This document shows positions 38,630-50,406 of a stretch of 64,000 nt of DNA, piece by piece. The translations under genes were made by a program, and so were the position numbers. Source of the stretch: Veleropilina oligotropha. Its lineage: Eukaryota. The stretch lies in assembly GCA_048128005.1 (NCBI GenBank), contig JBEUKZ010000098.1:1-64000 (forward strand), read 5' to 3'. Below the pieces are notes generated by a model that was given only the letters and a program-made list of their open reading frames with translations, was not told where the DNA came from and searched no databases. Position 1 is the stretch's first letter. Each line of letters begins with the position of its first letter.

Positions 38630-38965
38630 AATATCCCATGATGATCGAATGAACTGTGTGCATTGTGCCAGCACCAAATGGTGTCTCTTCAATGATGTCT
38701 AAATTATTTCAACAGATGTGCGACAATGTGGTTTGACTGAAATGCATATGGGAGTAATCTGATTCACTTATCAACGCTCTTGCACATATCAGTTTCCAGC
38801 TCAAAGAGAGTCGAATACGAAAGCGGTTCATCATTGAGATAATTTCAACATTTCCAATAAGTTGCCTCAATGTTATCCCAAGTACCAGATGCTTCGGCAT
38901 TGCCCTTCTCCGCTTTGTAACTTTTTTGCACTGGTCTTGCGACAAAGACAACACGTATCTCATTT
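38630..38965 (-). pseudogene. Academ-like transposase fragment
   Basis: MPKHLVLGITLRQLIG..EIISMMNRF and DIIEETPFGAGTMHTVHSII, resembling PKH..L.....H.TG and EET.SG.GTTH motifs as I recall them. Confidence 0.55.
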
Positions 38966-39333
38966 TCTGACAGTTAGCACATAAGAGGTGAAGTCTTTAA
39001 GGCATGACGTATGGTTAATTATATCACTCAGTGAGCACCCTATAGATATGATGGCCGTGACATTTTGAGGAATTAATTGTGAGCACGTAGCAACCTTGAC
39101 ATGCTTCCTGTAACATGTTTGACTCGGAGACCGGGTTTTCCAAAATGGAATACACTGCTTGACCCGTTTGGACTACAGATGAATGTACATGATCACATAT
39201 ATCGTTAGGTTGACAGAAGTGAATTTGACTTTCAAGTTGCTTCACTAATTTGGACGTTTGTTTTGTACTCTACATACATTGTAGGCTTGGTGACTATTTT
39301 CAAGTGTGAAATATAAGTGGCGTTCTCTTAACA

Positions 39334-39637
39334 TTGACTTCCAAAACCAGGGGATTTTATGTTACCGAGGATTCGATACGTAAGCTTGTACAAAATGCAT
39401 GTGAAACAGCGGTAAATTCGGTGCTCCAGCCTCTTAAGAAAGAAGTCGATGATATTATACGTATACAAGTCGATAGTTTATCTGACCAGATCCTAAAACT
39501 AGAACACAACAACGAAATCGCAACAGAAAAAATAGTGAATCTGGAAAAGTTAATTTTATTTAAGACTGAAAACATCGAATCACTAGAGCGATACGTTAGC
39601 CATATACGGAATCAATGCAATGACCTTCATTCCAAAA
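39334..39637 (+). pseudogene. LINE ORF1 N-terminal coiled-coil half
   Basis: Heptad-rich helical translation that joins in frame to 52042 (DLHSK-NIRLSNELEQYSR). Confidence 0.7.
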
Positions 39638-40744
39638 CGGTCGCATAGATACGACACGCTGCGGATTTGACGGAATCGAGATACGAGCTCGGCTTGAATG
39701 AAATCCGCTACTAGAAATAATGGTCCGACCTTGATGAAATTTGGCTTGCCGATAAGCCACATGCGTCCGATCGTGCTGTGAAAATCCCTTTGGAATTGCC
39801 GCCTCGGCGGCGTTGTTTCCGAGTCGAGGCTTAATTCTTGGATTAAGCCGAGGTAACCCGCTGCGATATTCCTCGATCCGCACTGATTCCGATTTTAAAT
39901 TCCTTTTGCATGTTGATGCACAAATGGTTGGGGCAGTCTCTTCTAAAATTTCAATCTGATATGTCCAATACTTTGGACATGGGGGGTGATACACCGCTAA
40001 TTTTGCGCGAACAAAACGGATTTGTTCAACTTAAACGTCACATATCTTGTCGTATAATGGATCAATTTTATTCAAATAACCTTTATTTGGATCGGACTTA
40101 CATAGTCCGTTCACTGGTTCCTCAAATTTCACCGTCGGAACTATTTCCGTCGAACTATACGGAGCGCCAAACGCGACCCAAATGAGAAAACGCGATCTAG
40201 TAACACTGATGTACGGCGCGGCAATGTTATATTAGGAATTAATTGACAAACTATGTCTTAAAAAGTAGCTTACGATGTCTTCTTTTATATTATGCTAAAA
40301 AACATTAGTTATGAATACATATTTCGAGTCGGACCGGTCGACAGTTTTCCGATTTTCGTTGAAGGTGACCTACTTCATCGCGCTGCTGACCTGCGCAGAA
40401 TTAATCAAAAATAAAATACTATACACCGCCGAATGGTTATTTGGACAACCTTTCAGGAAATGCATAGTTTGTACGTCTTCGTTAGTGCAAATGCACTCAA
40501 ATAACATTATACGAGAATTTTGCTTTTTTTTTCTTCCATCGCCTATTTTGCACCTTTCGCAATGCTATCCATAAATCGGCTTGTGGTTTTTGGATTTTGT
40601 TGAAATAACTTTTATTTTGATTGGATGGATACGAATTATTTATTAGATACAAAATTTTACTAATATGATCATTGCGCGTCGAGGTGCGGAACGCCAAAAT
40701 GAACCAAACAGCCATATGTAAAGGCATTTATATACTCAGATACA

Positions 40745-41330
40745 CAGTTCACGGCCTATTTTGATCTGTTGTAAGCATATTTAGATGAAAATACCATATT
40801 TGAGTAATAGAAATTGCTCCATTCTTTCATTTAAGACCAGAAGAGGATTAACTTTGGCCGTATTAATGGTAGAAAAGACCGGAAGCCGAAATGGCGCCAT
40901 TGAAAATTTCTTTGAAATTTACTGTTCACTTTAACGCCCTATGTAAACCACTTATGTGCACATTTAGATGAAAGTAAACAAATAGTTTAATAGCACGTGA
41001 CCCATTCTTTCTTTTAAGCACAAATTTGACTATTTTGCGGCAGAATTACTGGTAGGAATGCAAGGTGGCGCGATTGGTATGTAGCGACATTTTTCAGCAC
41101 TTTTGTACATTACCATACACTTTAACTCCTGATTGTGGCCACCTGTAATCACATTTAGAGAAAAGTAAACGTATTATTTAATAGTCCGTTGTCCATTCTT
41201 TAAAGCGCCACTTTTTCAAATTTGAGGGCGTATTACTGGAAGATATGTATTGCGACGGAAATGGTCCGCATTGACATTTTTCAACAATTCGGTGAATGAA
41301 TGTACACTTTTAAACTCATACGCTAACCAC
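40745..41330. repeat. Diverged ~190-bp tandem repeat (3 copies), inverted copies at 48005-48390
   Basis: ATTTAGATGAAA...CCATTCTTT at ~40779, 40962 and 41153. GACATTTTTCAACAATTCGGTG (41273) is inverted at 48062 and 48197. Confidence 0.7.
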
Positions 41331-41530
41331 ATGGTACGAGCCCTGCTCTACCTCGCCTGCTCGTCTCCATCGTCCGCCCCGGACCCACATCGGGGAAGCG
41401 ACAGCGCCTCGTCAGAAACGGACGAGTCCGCCGCGGGCCGATCCCTCCCCGCCGTGTCCGTCAATCGTGGAATAAACGATCGGAGCGGCCCACCTCAGCG
41501 GCACTCCGACCACCTCGAACGTTGGTCAGC
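41331..41530 (+). other. Probable rDNA 5' ETS remnant
   Basis: GC-rich segment directly abutting the 18S 5' end. Confidence 0.6.
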
Positions 41531-42765
41531 TATCTGGTTGATCCTGCCAGTAGTCATATGCTGGTCTCAAAGATTAAGCCATGCATGTCTAAGTACACGC
41601 CTTTACATGGTGAAACCGCGAATGGCTCATTAAATCAGTTATGGTTTCTTGGATCGTACAATCCTACTTAGATAACTGTGGTAATTCTAGAGCTAATACA
41701 TGCCACAAAGCTCCGACCTTCGGGGAAGAGCGCTTTTATTAGATCAAGACCAATCGCGCCTCCGGGCGCGTCTCGTTGGTGAATCTGAATAACATTGTGC
41801 CGATCGCACGGCTGCGAGCCGGCGACGTATCTTTCAAATGTTTGCTCTATCAACTGTCGATGGTACGTGCTATGCCTACCATGGTAGTAACGGGTAACGG
41901 AGAATCAGGGTTCGATTCCGGAGAGGGAGCATGAGAAATGGCTACCACACCTAAGGAAGGCAGCAGGCGCACAAATAACCCACTCCTGGCACGGGGAGTT
42001 AGTGACGAAACATAACAATAAGGGACTCTTTCGAGGCCCCGTAATTGGAATGAGTACACTTGAAATCCTTTAACGAGGTCCATTGGAGGGCAAGTCTGGT
42101 GCCAGCAGCCATGGTAATTCCAGCTCCAATAGCGTATATGAAAGTTGTTACGGTTAAAAAGCTCGTAGTTGGATCTCTGGTCTAGGCTCGCGGTCCACCT
42201 CGCGGTGGTCACTGCCCGTCCTGACCTACCATCCGGTTTTCCCTTGGTGCTCTTGATTGTCTCGGGTGGCCGGAACGTTTAATTTGAAAAAATTAGAGTG
42301 TTCAAAGCAGGCATATTCGCCTGAATAGTGGTGCATGGAATAATGGAAAAGGACCTCGGTTCTATTTTGTTGGTTTTCGGAACATGAGGTAATGATTAAG
42401 AGGGACAGACGGGGGCATTCGTATTACGGTGTTAGAGGTGATATTCTTGGATCTCCGTAAGACGAACTACTGCGAAAGCATTTGCCAAACATGGTTTCAT
42501 TAGTCAAAGTTGGTTCAATGACTCTACGGGCAGCCTCCGGGAAACCAAAGTTTTTGGGTTCTGGGGGAAGTATGGTTGCAAAGCTGAAACTTAAAGGAAT
42601 TGGCGGAAGGGCACCACCAGGAAAACTCACCCGGCCCGGACACTGTAAGGATTGACAGATTGAGAGCTCTTTCTTGATTCGGTGGGTGGTGGTGGTGCAT
42701 GGCTGTTCTTAGTTGGTGGGGCAATTTGTCTGGTTAATTCCGATAACGAACGAGACTCTAGCCTA
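41531..42765 (+). pseudogene. 18S rRNA pseudogene (3'-truncated, internal deletions)
   Basis: TATCTGGTTGATCCTGCCAGTAGTCATATGC start, GTGCCAGCAGCC, AAACTTAAAGGAATTG and CGATAACGAACGAGAC. Substitutions in universal motifs and deletions near 42507 and 42622. Confidence 0.97.
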
Positions 42766-42862
42766 CCACCACCCAATTCACCCCCTCATTTCACCGTCCC
42801 CCACCAATTCACCCCTCATTTCATTTCCCCCCGCACATTATACACCCTCATTTCCCGCCGCT
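42766..42862. repeat. C-rich short-repeat tract, inverted relative to G-rich tracts at 45683-45797 and 46749-46803
   Basis: TTCACCCCCTCATTTCACC (42777) is the exact reverse complement of 46749-46767. Confidence 0.75.
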
Positions 42863-43795
42863 AATTGAAGAACAATGGCCCACTGATTGCAGGCGAATAC
42901 TAAGTTTTATTTCTGAATTATGTAAACATAATACACGTTTCCAGCTTAATAAAGTATATATACGAGAAAAAGATGACATTATACATATATGTAGCTAAAA
43001 TGCTACAACGGAGCGACATAGTAAATAAATACAAATAATGAACAGTTATGCTACATAGTAAATAAATACAAAAAATGAATAGTTATGCATTGAATTACTA
43101 AAGTTATGTAAGAAGTATGGTGCACAAGCTGGTAAGTATAGGATTTGTACAGTTTGGAAAATATTGTAATAAATACATCGGTATATACTAATATACACAT
43201 TCAACACTTAATGTATACAGGAAGAACTACATTATTAGTATATACACATATTTATACATAACTATTTATACGCTCATATATAAATGTACAGTACATACAT
43301 AATGCGTTTATAATTGTTGTTGCATAAACAGTAAACATCGGCCACGTATAAATATTATATTATATGTATGTATATATTAGTTTTTATGTGCGCTAACATT
43401 TTTTAATTAATTGTAAATGCATGTGATGGCAACATGCATTGCATTAATATTTCAAACAATGGCTCTTAATAACGCAACCATGCATGCATTCGGTAATCTC
43501 CGGCAAACTCCGTATGTGATTCCATCAATATTATGCATGCGAGCTGGGTTGGATATATCTTAAGAGATATCGGGGATTCCCGTTAATTCAGTATCGTTAT
43601 AATTTCAATTGCCCAGATCTTCCACAGCCGCGTTCATTGTTCATTGTGGCAGTGAGGCATGCTATAAATCAATGGCTACGATTGATCAATGCATTAATGT
43701 TATGTGAATATTATTTACCTATAGATAATGTAGAAATATTACAACAATACGGAATGCTTCATCACAATATTTGCCTTTTTTACAGAATTGATTAA

Positions 43796-44522
43796 ATGGA
43801 GAACAGAAGATACTCCGAGGCATCCGGAATCCGGGATTTCATCACCGTCGAGAAATTACTAAGAGAGCACACACCAACGAATGGGCACTTCACGGTTGTC
43901 CAAGTGATCAAACTTATTGAAAAGTTAGGCGCCACATTCTTACTAATGACGAACCAGCCGAACCAAGCCGAGGTCAACGAGCCGACGATTTTACTGTCAT
44001 CTGATACGTTGCCCAATGTTGAAGAAATACCTACACTAATACGACGCAGACGAGTAAGAATACTGCACCCTGTCCCATCGAAGCCTGCCTCCACCCAGAC
44101 GTCACATGTGCCTTCCCCTACGCCTTCACGTTTGCCGACGCCTTCACCACGCTCACCAACTCCTCCGCCACGCTCAAACTCCTACGCCATGCTCACCAAC
44201 TCCTCCACCACGCTCACCAACTCCTCCGCCACGCTCACCAACTCCTCCGCCACGCTCACCAACTCATCCGCCACACTCACCAACTCATCCGCCACACTCA
44301 CCAACTCATCCGCCACACTCACCAACGCCTCTGCCACGCTCACCAACTCCTCCGCCACGCGCACAAACTCCTCCGCCACGCTCATCGATGTCTTCTCCAC
44401 ACCGCTCGCCGATAACAAAGAAGCGAAAGTTGAAAATTGAGGAAATTGCAGAAGAAATGGACATTATGCATGTTATCACCAGAAGAACACGACGAAAACG
44501 GCCCGATAATGCAAGGCGATAA
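43796..44522 (+). pseudogene. Orphan Ser/Pro/Thr heptad-repeat protein with basic C-terminus (one 2-bp frameshift near 44177)
   Basis: TATAAA at 43663, ATG at 43796, about 11 copies of 21-bp CGCTCACCAACTCCTCCGCCA, and stop TAA overlapping AATAAA (44520-44526). Confidence 0.55.
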
Positions 44523-44612
44523 TAAATATTCTGATTATATTGCTTCTTGTCCGAAAACCGCCAGCGAGAATGAATTGGTACGAGTCAAGTTTCACTATAT
44601 AATGTATATATA

Positions 44613-45060
44613 TCGGGTGGCCAATAAAAAACTACTCGAACTTTAAAGGTTAATAACTTTGCAATGAACCACTACAGTATATTGTTATGAAACTTCACAC
44701 AAGTAAAAAATGTAATGTTTTTAATATATTCTGAAAGTTTCAAGTCTCTATATCACATACTTTTTCTGTAGTCGGATAAATATAAACAAATGTCAAAAAC
44801 TGCAAGGGCAACGTCCAAAAATCTGCATAGTTATCTTATATTTACTGAAAGAAGTGATCAATATGGCCTCCATCTGCTTCAAAAACTGCTCGGAGTCTAT
44901 TTTTCCAACTTGATATCGTACTTCTAACCTCTCTAAGAGATATTTTGTCCCAGCATTTCTTCAGCCTCTTTTTTAGTTCATAATCATTAAGCACATCTGT
45001 ACGTCCTTCGTACACTTTCTCTGACAGACTATTCCAAATGGAATAGTCCATTGGGTAACC
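44613..45060 (-). mobile_element. Tc1/mariner (DD37D/maT-like) 3' fragment with TIR
   Basis: PMDYSIW...LK..L...W..I........ISSWKNRLRAVFEADGGHID. TIR-like CGGGTGGCCAATAAAAA next to a TA run. Confidence 0.8.
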
Positions 45061-45959
45061 ATTATTTTCTTGGTAAACCTTTGTTTCATGGTAGTCTTGT
45101 GGTGGATATATCCCGTTATACCTTACCACTATACGTATGCCGTCGTTGAATCTTGGCTATGTAATTATTATATATGGGGGGGGGGGGGCAGTGAGGCGAA
45201 ATTACCCAGTACCCAGTCGTTACCTCGTAGCAAGTGTCAATTGGAATGACAAAGATTATTGATAGCAGAATTTATGTTCAAGTCATTACTAGTCGCATAA
45301 CTGTAACTGTTCGAAAACCTGAATCCCGAATCTGTCACATAAATCTCTGTCTATCTATTTAATAACTGGCAAGGAGAGTGCAATGGGGGGAGTGGGGCGA
45401 AATTACCCAGTTCCCAGTTGTTACCTGTAGCAAGTTGTTATATTGCAATATTTATTACTGCGGATGAACGCACAATATTTACTTGACAAATGCAATAGCT
45501 ATTCTGCACTATTCATCACAACATATGTAAGACCAATTTGCTTCCAATTTTCTCATATTGACTAAGCTACTACATATAAGGATTGGGTTCGACTTGTAAG
45601 CGTTCTATGGAAAATCCATTCATGTTGAGGCGGTTAAATTCATTTCAGATTTCCTATTTTCCACAAATGGGGGTTTGACCAAAGGGGGTGAAATGGGGAT
45701 GAAAAGGGGAGTGAAATGTGGGGGGGGGGATTTGGGGAGAAAATGTGGGAAGGGCGAATATTGGGGGTTAAATGGGAGGTGGACTTAGGGGGTGAGGAAT
45801 ACAGTACCTCAAGTATTACTAGTCACATAACTAACTGTTTGAGGACCTTAACCCCTAATCTGCTTCGTTGTGGTAATACCGTCGGACAGCAGAAATGATG
45901 TTCAAGTTCATTACTAGTCGCATAGCTGTGACCGTTTGAAGACTTGAACCCACAATATG

Positions 45960-46247
45960 TCGAGCTCTCTTCGTTTTGCATGCCAGACTCGCTGCTGGCT
46001 GTCCGTTTGGCATTGCGTCGCGAGCGATGGGTTCCGCTCCCGAGCCAGGCACACAGGGTCCGTGGCGATTCCGTCGGGCTCGCCACTCGACTCGTCTTGA
46101 ACACTTGAACACGGAAGGAGTCTAGCATGTGCACTGGGCGCACTACCATCCCGTCTCGTCCTAACGAGTACGCCCATCGGATACCATAACAGGTGTTGAT
46201 CGATATAGACAACAGGACGGTAGCCATGGAAGACTGATTTCGCTAAG
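45960..46247 (+). pseudogene. 28S rRNA fragments, heavily deleted
   Basis: CGACTCGTCTTGAACAC...AAGGAGTCTAGCATGTGC and AGGTGTTGATCGATATAGACAACAGGACGGTAGCCATGGAAG match conserved 28S blocks that are normally hundreds of nt apart. Confidence 0.85.
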
Positions 46248-46320
46248 ATACAAATATGCAATAAGGACATTCTTCCTGAGAAAACGGCAATATTTATCTT
46301 AGATATTCTTCAGACACGAC

Positions 46321-46395
46321 TGGGGACAGCTTTATGGATAAGATGCTAGACTGATGTGCGAGTTATCTGGGTTCGAATCCCGGGAATGGGCACGA
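46321..46395 (+). other. tRNA-like sequence (SINE head or tRNA pseudogene)
   Basis: A-box-like AGCTTTATGGATAAG and B box GGTTCGAATCCC. Related copies at 47055-47105 (+) and 49340-49372 (-). Confidence 0.55.
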
Positions 46396-47534
46396 TTATT
46401 TTTTCTTGGCAATATATCGCGTCTGTTACCCCGTCGCGAGTACCAAACAGACTGACAAAAAGAAAAGGGTTTCGTTATGCTAATGCCATTAATGACTTCA
46501 GAATTGATGTTCAGGTTATTACTAGTCGCATAACTGTGACCCTTTGAAAACCTTAACCTCCAATATGACGGAGAAACATCTACTTATCACGTTATGATTG
46601 CCATAATGAAGAGATATGTAGTTATTCCCCGGTTATTAGCCTATTACGTTACAACTTGCCACTATACGTATGCCGTCGTTGAGTCGTGGCTATGTAATTA
46701 TTATATATTCGTATCCTACGCGTCGTGCAGCTGCCCATTATTAATCATGGTGAAATGAGGGGGTGAAACTGGGATGAAAAAGGGGAGTGCAATTGGGGGG
46801 GGGCGATAAGGCAGGTACAAGTATGCAATACTGAGAAATTACCCAGTCCCCAGTCGTTACCTCGTAGCAAGTGTCAATTGGAATGACAGAAAGATTAGTG
46901 ATAGCAGAATTTATGTTATAGTCATTACTAGTCGCATAACTGTAACTGTTTGAAGATCTGATTCCCCAATCTGTTACACTTATCTACTTAATAAAGGACA
47001 TCTGCGTAATATATGTAGGTACAAGTACACGTACAAACATTATTCCTGAGACATCGGGCAATAGCATAATGGTTAAGATGCTTGCATGTGGCGCGAGTTA
47101 CCTGGGGCGAAATTACCTTATCCCGGGAATGACGTGTTGAAGATGCATATGCCAAAGATCCAGGTCATAATATTTAAGAAACATCTGATGACATTAATGA
47201 ACTTCTATCTCTGATCGGTGACATTATTAATGGTAAAATGCACACAACACACACTGCGACTTACAAATACGATATTTGAAGTTAAGGTTATATAATAGCT
47301 AAGTTGGTAAGTTAAGAAAATTATTCCATTATTTGTCTTATGTGCCGCCCAGACTCTTTCCAAAGAGATAAGCTTCTTCTTCTTGGATTTTAACGAGGTC
47401 GTTCGCATTAAAGGGATAAGCTTCATTGATTCCGTGCTTTATTGCACCCCAACCCTATAAAATGCATAACGTTTAATCTTACTGCATGCTAAATGTAAAC
47501 TTCATTGACATCATTGTCAGAGAGCCATTTCATC

Positions 47535-47863
47535 ATGCAAGGAGTAGATGTGTTTGTAGGAATTTGTGGACGTTGTCGCCGTGTAAAATTTCTTAGAGAG
47601 AAGATACGAAGTTGCAGGCATTTAATGATTTATGTTGTGTGTTCTGCTGGAGCCCGGATGTTATGTGCTTGCTGTGTGCAGGGTACTGCAAAGTCTGTTC
47701 GAAGGGGAAGTATTCATATCGTCGAAATGAACAATATTTTAGGATGCTCTGTCGACACATAATGTGTCTATCCTGCATTCGGAACTACATCATGGCAACG
47801 TTCCCCAGCCTAAGAAGACCAACTCAAGCAGTAAGCCGCCACCGATGCCAGAAATGCAGCTGA
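47535..47863 (+). pseudogene. Small intronless tandem RING-finger (C3HC4) protein, frameshifted near 47626
   Basis: TATAAAA at 47456 and ATCATG start. Second domain is C-x2-C-x17-C-x-H-x2-C-x2-C-x23-C-x2-C. First domain CGRC...CRHLM/DLCCVFC is damaged. Confidence 0.75.
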
Positions 47864-48599
47864 AAAGGGGCAATTCCATTTGTCTTAACGGTCCTTCTCA
47901 GGACCACCAAATTCTCTGAAGGGATACTCGGTTATGCTAAACGTATATATGTAGTATTTATTTATTTACAAATGAACTCATTGAAATTATTTTTAATAAC
48001 AAGCAAGAAAACTATCCCGATTTTGTGTCAAAATCGGTCGTAAAGTGTACATGCAGTAATGCACCGAATTGTTGAAAAATATCACTGCGTACCAATCGCC
48101 TTACATTCATACAAATAATTCGGCCCCCAAATTGCCAAATATGCGCTTATGTGTTTACAAGTGGTCATAATCGAGCGTTCAAAATGTACAATGTTGCACC
48201 GAATTGTTGAAAAATGTCGCTGCGCGCCAATCGCACTGCCGAGAGCATCGACCACGGCCGCCGACGCACCTCTCCCGGAGAACGAACGGTAAGGTGATGT
48301 CGAGGGGGTCGCGCTCGTGGTCCGAGAACGTGTAGCATAATTTGCGCTTTAAGAAAGAATGGACAATGGGCTATTACATAATATGTTTACGGCACGCGTG
48401 AACCCGAACACGACAATCAAATCGCTACACGATGTTTACTAGACAAGATTTCGGTTTCAAGACATAAACAGTTGATAATTAGCGACCGTTCAATGACTTT
48501 AATATACAATCTGCCACAAAAATGATCAAAACTCAGCCACCCCCACCAATGTACGTGTAGAGTATGGGCAGCCAAAAGGCTATAAAATACGTTAAAGCC

Positions 48600-49215
48600 A
48601 AATAAAAGATCATAGTAACAATTAAGTCATCAATGGTCAAACGAACGGTCATCAATGCTTATACGAACAGCCTAAAATATATCCAACAGTCATCGAATCG
48701 AAACAAACAGCCTAAAATTAATCCAACAGTCATCAATGGTCAAACGAACGGTCATCAATGTTCATACGAACAGCCCAAAATGCACCCAACAGTCACCGAA
48801 TCAAAACAATCACCGATGTAAAACAGCCAAAAATACACCCAACTGTCACCGAATCAAAACAGTCACCGAATCAAAACGGTCATCGGTGTAAGACAGCTTA
48901 AAATTAATTCAACAGTTATCAATGGTCAAACGAACGGTCACCAATGTTCATACGAACAGCCAAAAATGCATCCAACAGTCACCGAATCAAAACAGAATCA
49001 AAAGAGTCACCATTCAAAACGGTTACCGAATCAAAACGGTCACCGATGCAAAACGGTCACCGACGCTAAACAGTCACCGACGCTAAACAGTCACCGATGC
49101 TAAACAGTCACCGACGCTAAACAGTCACCGACGCTAAACAGTCACTGACGCTAAACAGTCACCGATGCTAAACAGTTACGATACAAAACGGTCACCGATG
49201 CTAAACAGTCAAAAC
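48600..49215. repeat. Complex minisatellite ending in a 17-bp array
   Basis: AAACAGTCACCGA(C/T)GCT repeated at 49040-49210, related CAGTCACCGAATCAAAA units, and ~100-bp higher-order copies. Confidence 0.85.
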
Positions 49216-49394
49216 CCGAATTAACGCTAGATGTCGCTCAAGTGCTCCGACGCATAAAAAACAGTATTCTTCCGTGCGTTCATGATGCAAAACTTTTGTA
49301 GAGACACAAAATGTTTTGCGTTTTGTCGTTCAATTGGCACGCGCATTCCCAGGATTCGAACGCAGATAACTCTGAGTGGACATATGTCTATTAG

Positions 49395-49501
49395 AGGTCC
49401 AGGGCGACCCGGCATTCCTCCCGCGATAATACGGACATGTCCTGGTTTGAACCAAATGACGGTTGGAAATATACAGGATATTAAGCATCGATCATTTCCT
49501 T
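49395..49501 (+). mobile_element. SINE family 1, 5'-truncated copy C
   Basis: Reverse complement of 75-170. TATTAG on both flanks. Confidence 0.75.
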
Positions 49502-49965
49502 TATTAGTGGTGCAAGGGAGACAACACACACCAACCGCTACACACAAGAATGCAATACGGCGGCCGCGAATGTGGTGTTGTTTGTGACTTGATATTAAAA
49601 CCTGCTCTCATTATAGAAACACGACACGATCGTGGTTTTGTTGTCTCATTCTGATCAACACATTCTATGAATTGTAAAGTGAGAAGGCACCAACTGCGAC
49701 ATGTATTTGAAGGGCACGCAAGAGCTTCAATTAGTGACTTGATAACAAAGTCTTCTGTATTTATTGAACGTGATATATCTTTATTCAACTTATCCGATAT
49801 CTGGTGTTATTGCTGAAGTAATATATCAAATCAGTGACATTATTAGTGGTACAAGGGAGACACTGCGACTTACAATACTATATTTGAAGTTAAGGGTTTA
49901 TAAGGGTCCCGAATAAGGTATTGTTCGTGAATTGATAATAAAACCTGCTGTCGTTATTGAATATA

Positions 49966-50406
49966 CTAGCATTGGTACCCGTCTTCGACGGGTAAGTCCC
50001 CCCACCCCAATTTTTTTTTTTTTTTTTTTTGGATAGTGCTCCCTTAATTTTTTTTTTTTTTTCCCGAATTTTCCGAATTTTTTTCGTGGTAAACCTTCCT
50101 TGGGGGACCCCGATTAACCCCCCAAAGTTTGAAGGTCCTAGGTCAAAGCGTCTGGGAGGAGTTCAACTTGAAACAGACAGACAGACACGCACACATAAAA
50201 TTATAGCTCCATTATATGAAAAGATATAGTAAATTTTTTTTTTTTTCGCGAATTTTCCGAATTTTTTTCGTGGTAAACCTTCCTTGGGGGACCCCGATTA
50301 ACCCCCCAAAGTTTGAAGGTCCTAGGTCAAAGCGTCTGGGAGGAGTTCAACTTGAAACAGACAGACAGACAGACCCGCATACAATTATAGCTCCATTATA
50401 TTAAGA
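49966..50406 (-). mobile_element. Non-autonomous Helitron with duplicated ~185-bp 5' segment
   Basis: Minus strand 5' TC, (TCTG)n, and 3' hairpin TACCCGTC-GAA-GACGGGTA then CTAG. A|T target. Confidence 0.88.

Noticed and set aside
41250..42864. ORFs across the 18S region, and a functional rRNA gene call
   Set aside because: The sequence is rDNA; deletions of universal helices and truncation make it non-functional.
43400..43650. Possible divergent minus-strand gene (MNAAVEDLG...)
   Set aside because: Multiple stops and no recognisable homology; too weak to call.
44182..44440. LTNSSAT mucin-like frame and antisense VSVAEEL ORF
   Set aside because: Alternative readings of the 21-bp repeat; the one 19-bp unit and the stop/AATAAA overlap favour the RSPTPPP frame.
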